From: Candidatus Micrarchaeia archaeon
GTDB taxonomy: Archaea > Micrarchaeota > Micrarchaeia > Anstonellales > Anstonellaceae
Length of the DNA: 64,000 bases
NCBI GenBank assembly: GCA_041663445.1
Contig: JBAYMR010000008.1
Coordinates: forward strand, 662 to 64,661
Direction of reading: 5' to 3'
Below are positions 63,967 through 64,000 of this stretch, one piece after another. The number at the start of each line of letters is the position of its first letter. The first letter of the stretch is position 1. The position numbers and the translations under genes are program-made. Under the pieces are notes generated by a model. It made no database searches. It worked only from the letters and a program-made list of their open reading frames with translations, and was not told the origin of the DNA.

Positions 63967-64000
63967 ATGAAAATAGGAAACGTTCTCTCAGCCAAAGGAC
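63967..64000 (+). CDS. Possible start of a further ORF (MKIGNVLSAKG...), truncated by the window end
   Basis: An ATG with GGGGTG 6 nt upstream. Only 11 codons are visible. Confidence 0.2.
   Translation, partial: MKIGNVLSAKG

Overview
This 64 kb window reads as an archaeal chromosomal segment. Evidence: TFB, MCM, aIF-1A, aIF-2beta, NAC, RIO kinase, a short archaeal-type TIM, a presenilin-type protease, and a tRNA-Ser with an intron at the canonical 37/38 position. I cannot assign a lineage without a database search. A small-genome, DPANN-like archaeon is my guess from gene content only.

Layout:
- 1-11789: the 3' 11.8 kb of one giant surface-protein ORF (>3,918 aa, still open at the window edge). 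It contains beta-helix blocks, six LamG modules, and a 577-aa region with 73 Cys.
- 11.8-15.7 kb: a FlaI/TadA-like ATPase and two single-domain TadB/TadC-like platform genes follow on the same strand. No pilin gene is visible.
- Rest of the window: housekeeping genes thrS, argG, tpiA, rio, aIF-1A, aIF-2beta, nrdR, trxB, tfb, mre11, serS, a serA-like and a serC-like gene, uvrB, uvrA, uvrC, nac, metG and mcm.
- Interspersed are visibly AT-richer accessory pieces: an AbiEi/AbiEii pair, a GNAT toxin with an untracked 47-aa upstream ORF, a Fic/Doc toxin, two RelE/ParE modules, a 4.8 kb island of four glycosyltransferases between uvrB and uvrA, a free-standing HTH-LAGLIDADG gene, and two orphan proteins (about 377 aa and about 828 aa).

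Observations most worth a second look:
1. Both tRNAs are followed, on their own strand, by 74-89 nt hairpin-built units. Each unit ends in a copy of the tRNA 3' acceptor strand.
2. Three toxin cassettes sit exactly at junctions of convergent genes and are bracketed by duplications of that junction (33/34, 25/31 and 15/20 identity). The differences between copies are largely synonymous in the frame of the flanking gene.
3. A 28-nt hairpin/palindrome recurs 12.5 kb apart with two compensatory changes.
4. The giant protein is coupled to a pilin-less type IV filament-like machine.

Limits: everything was done by eye from the sequence and the ORF track. Family calls rest on remembered motifs, not on searches. 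Hand-derived coordinates may be off by a few nt.
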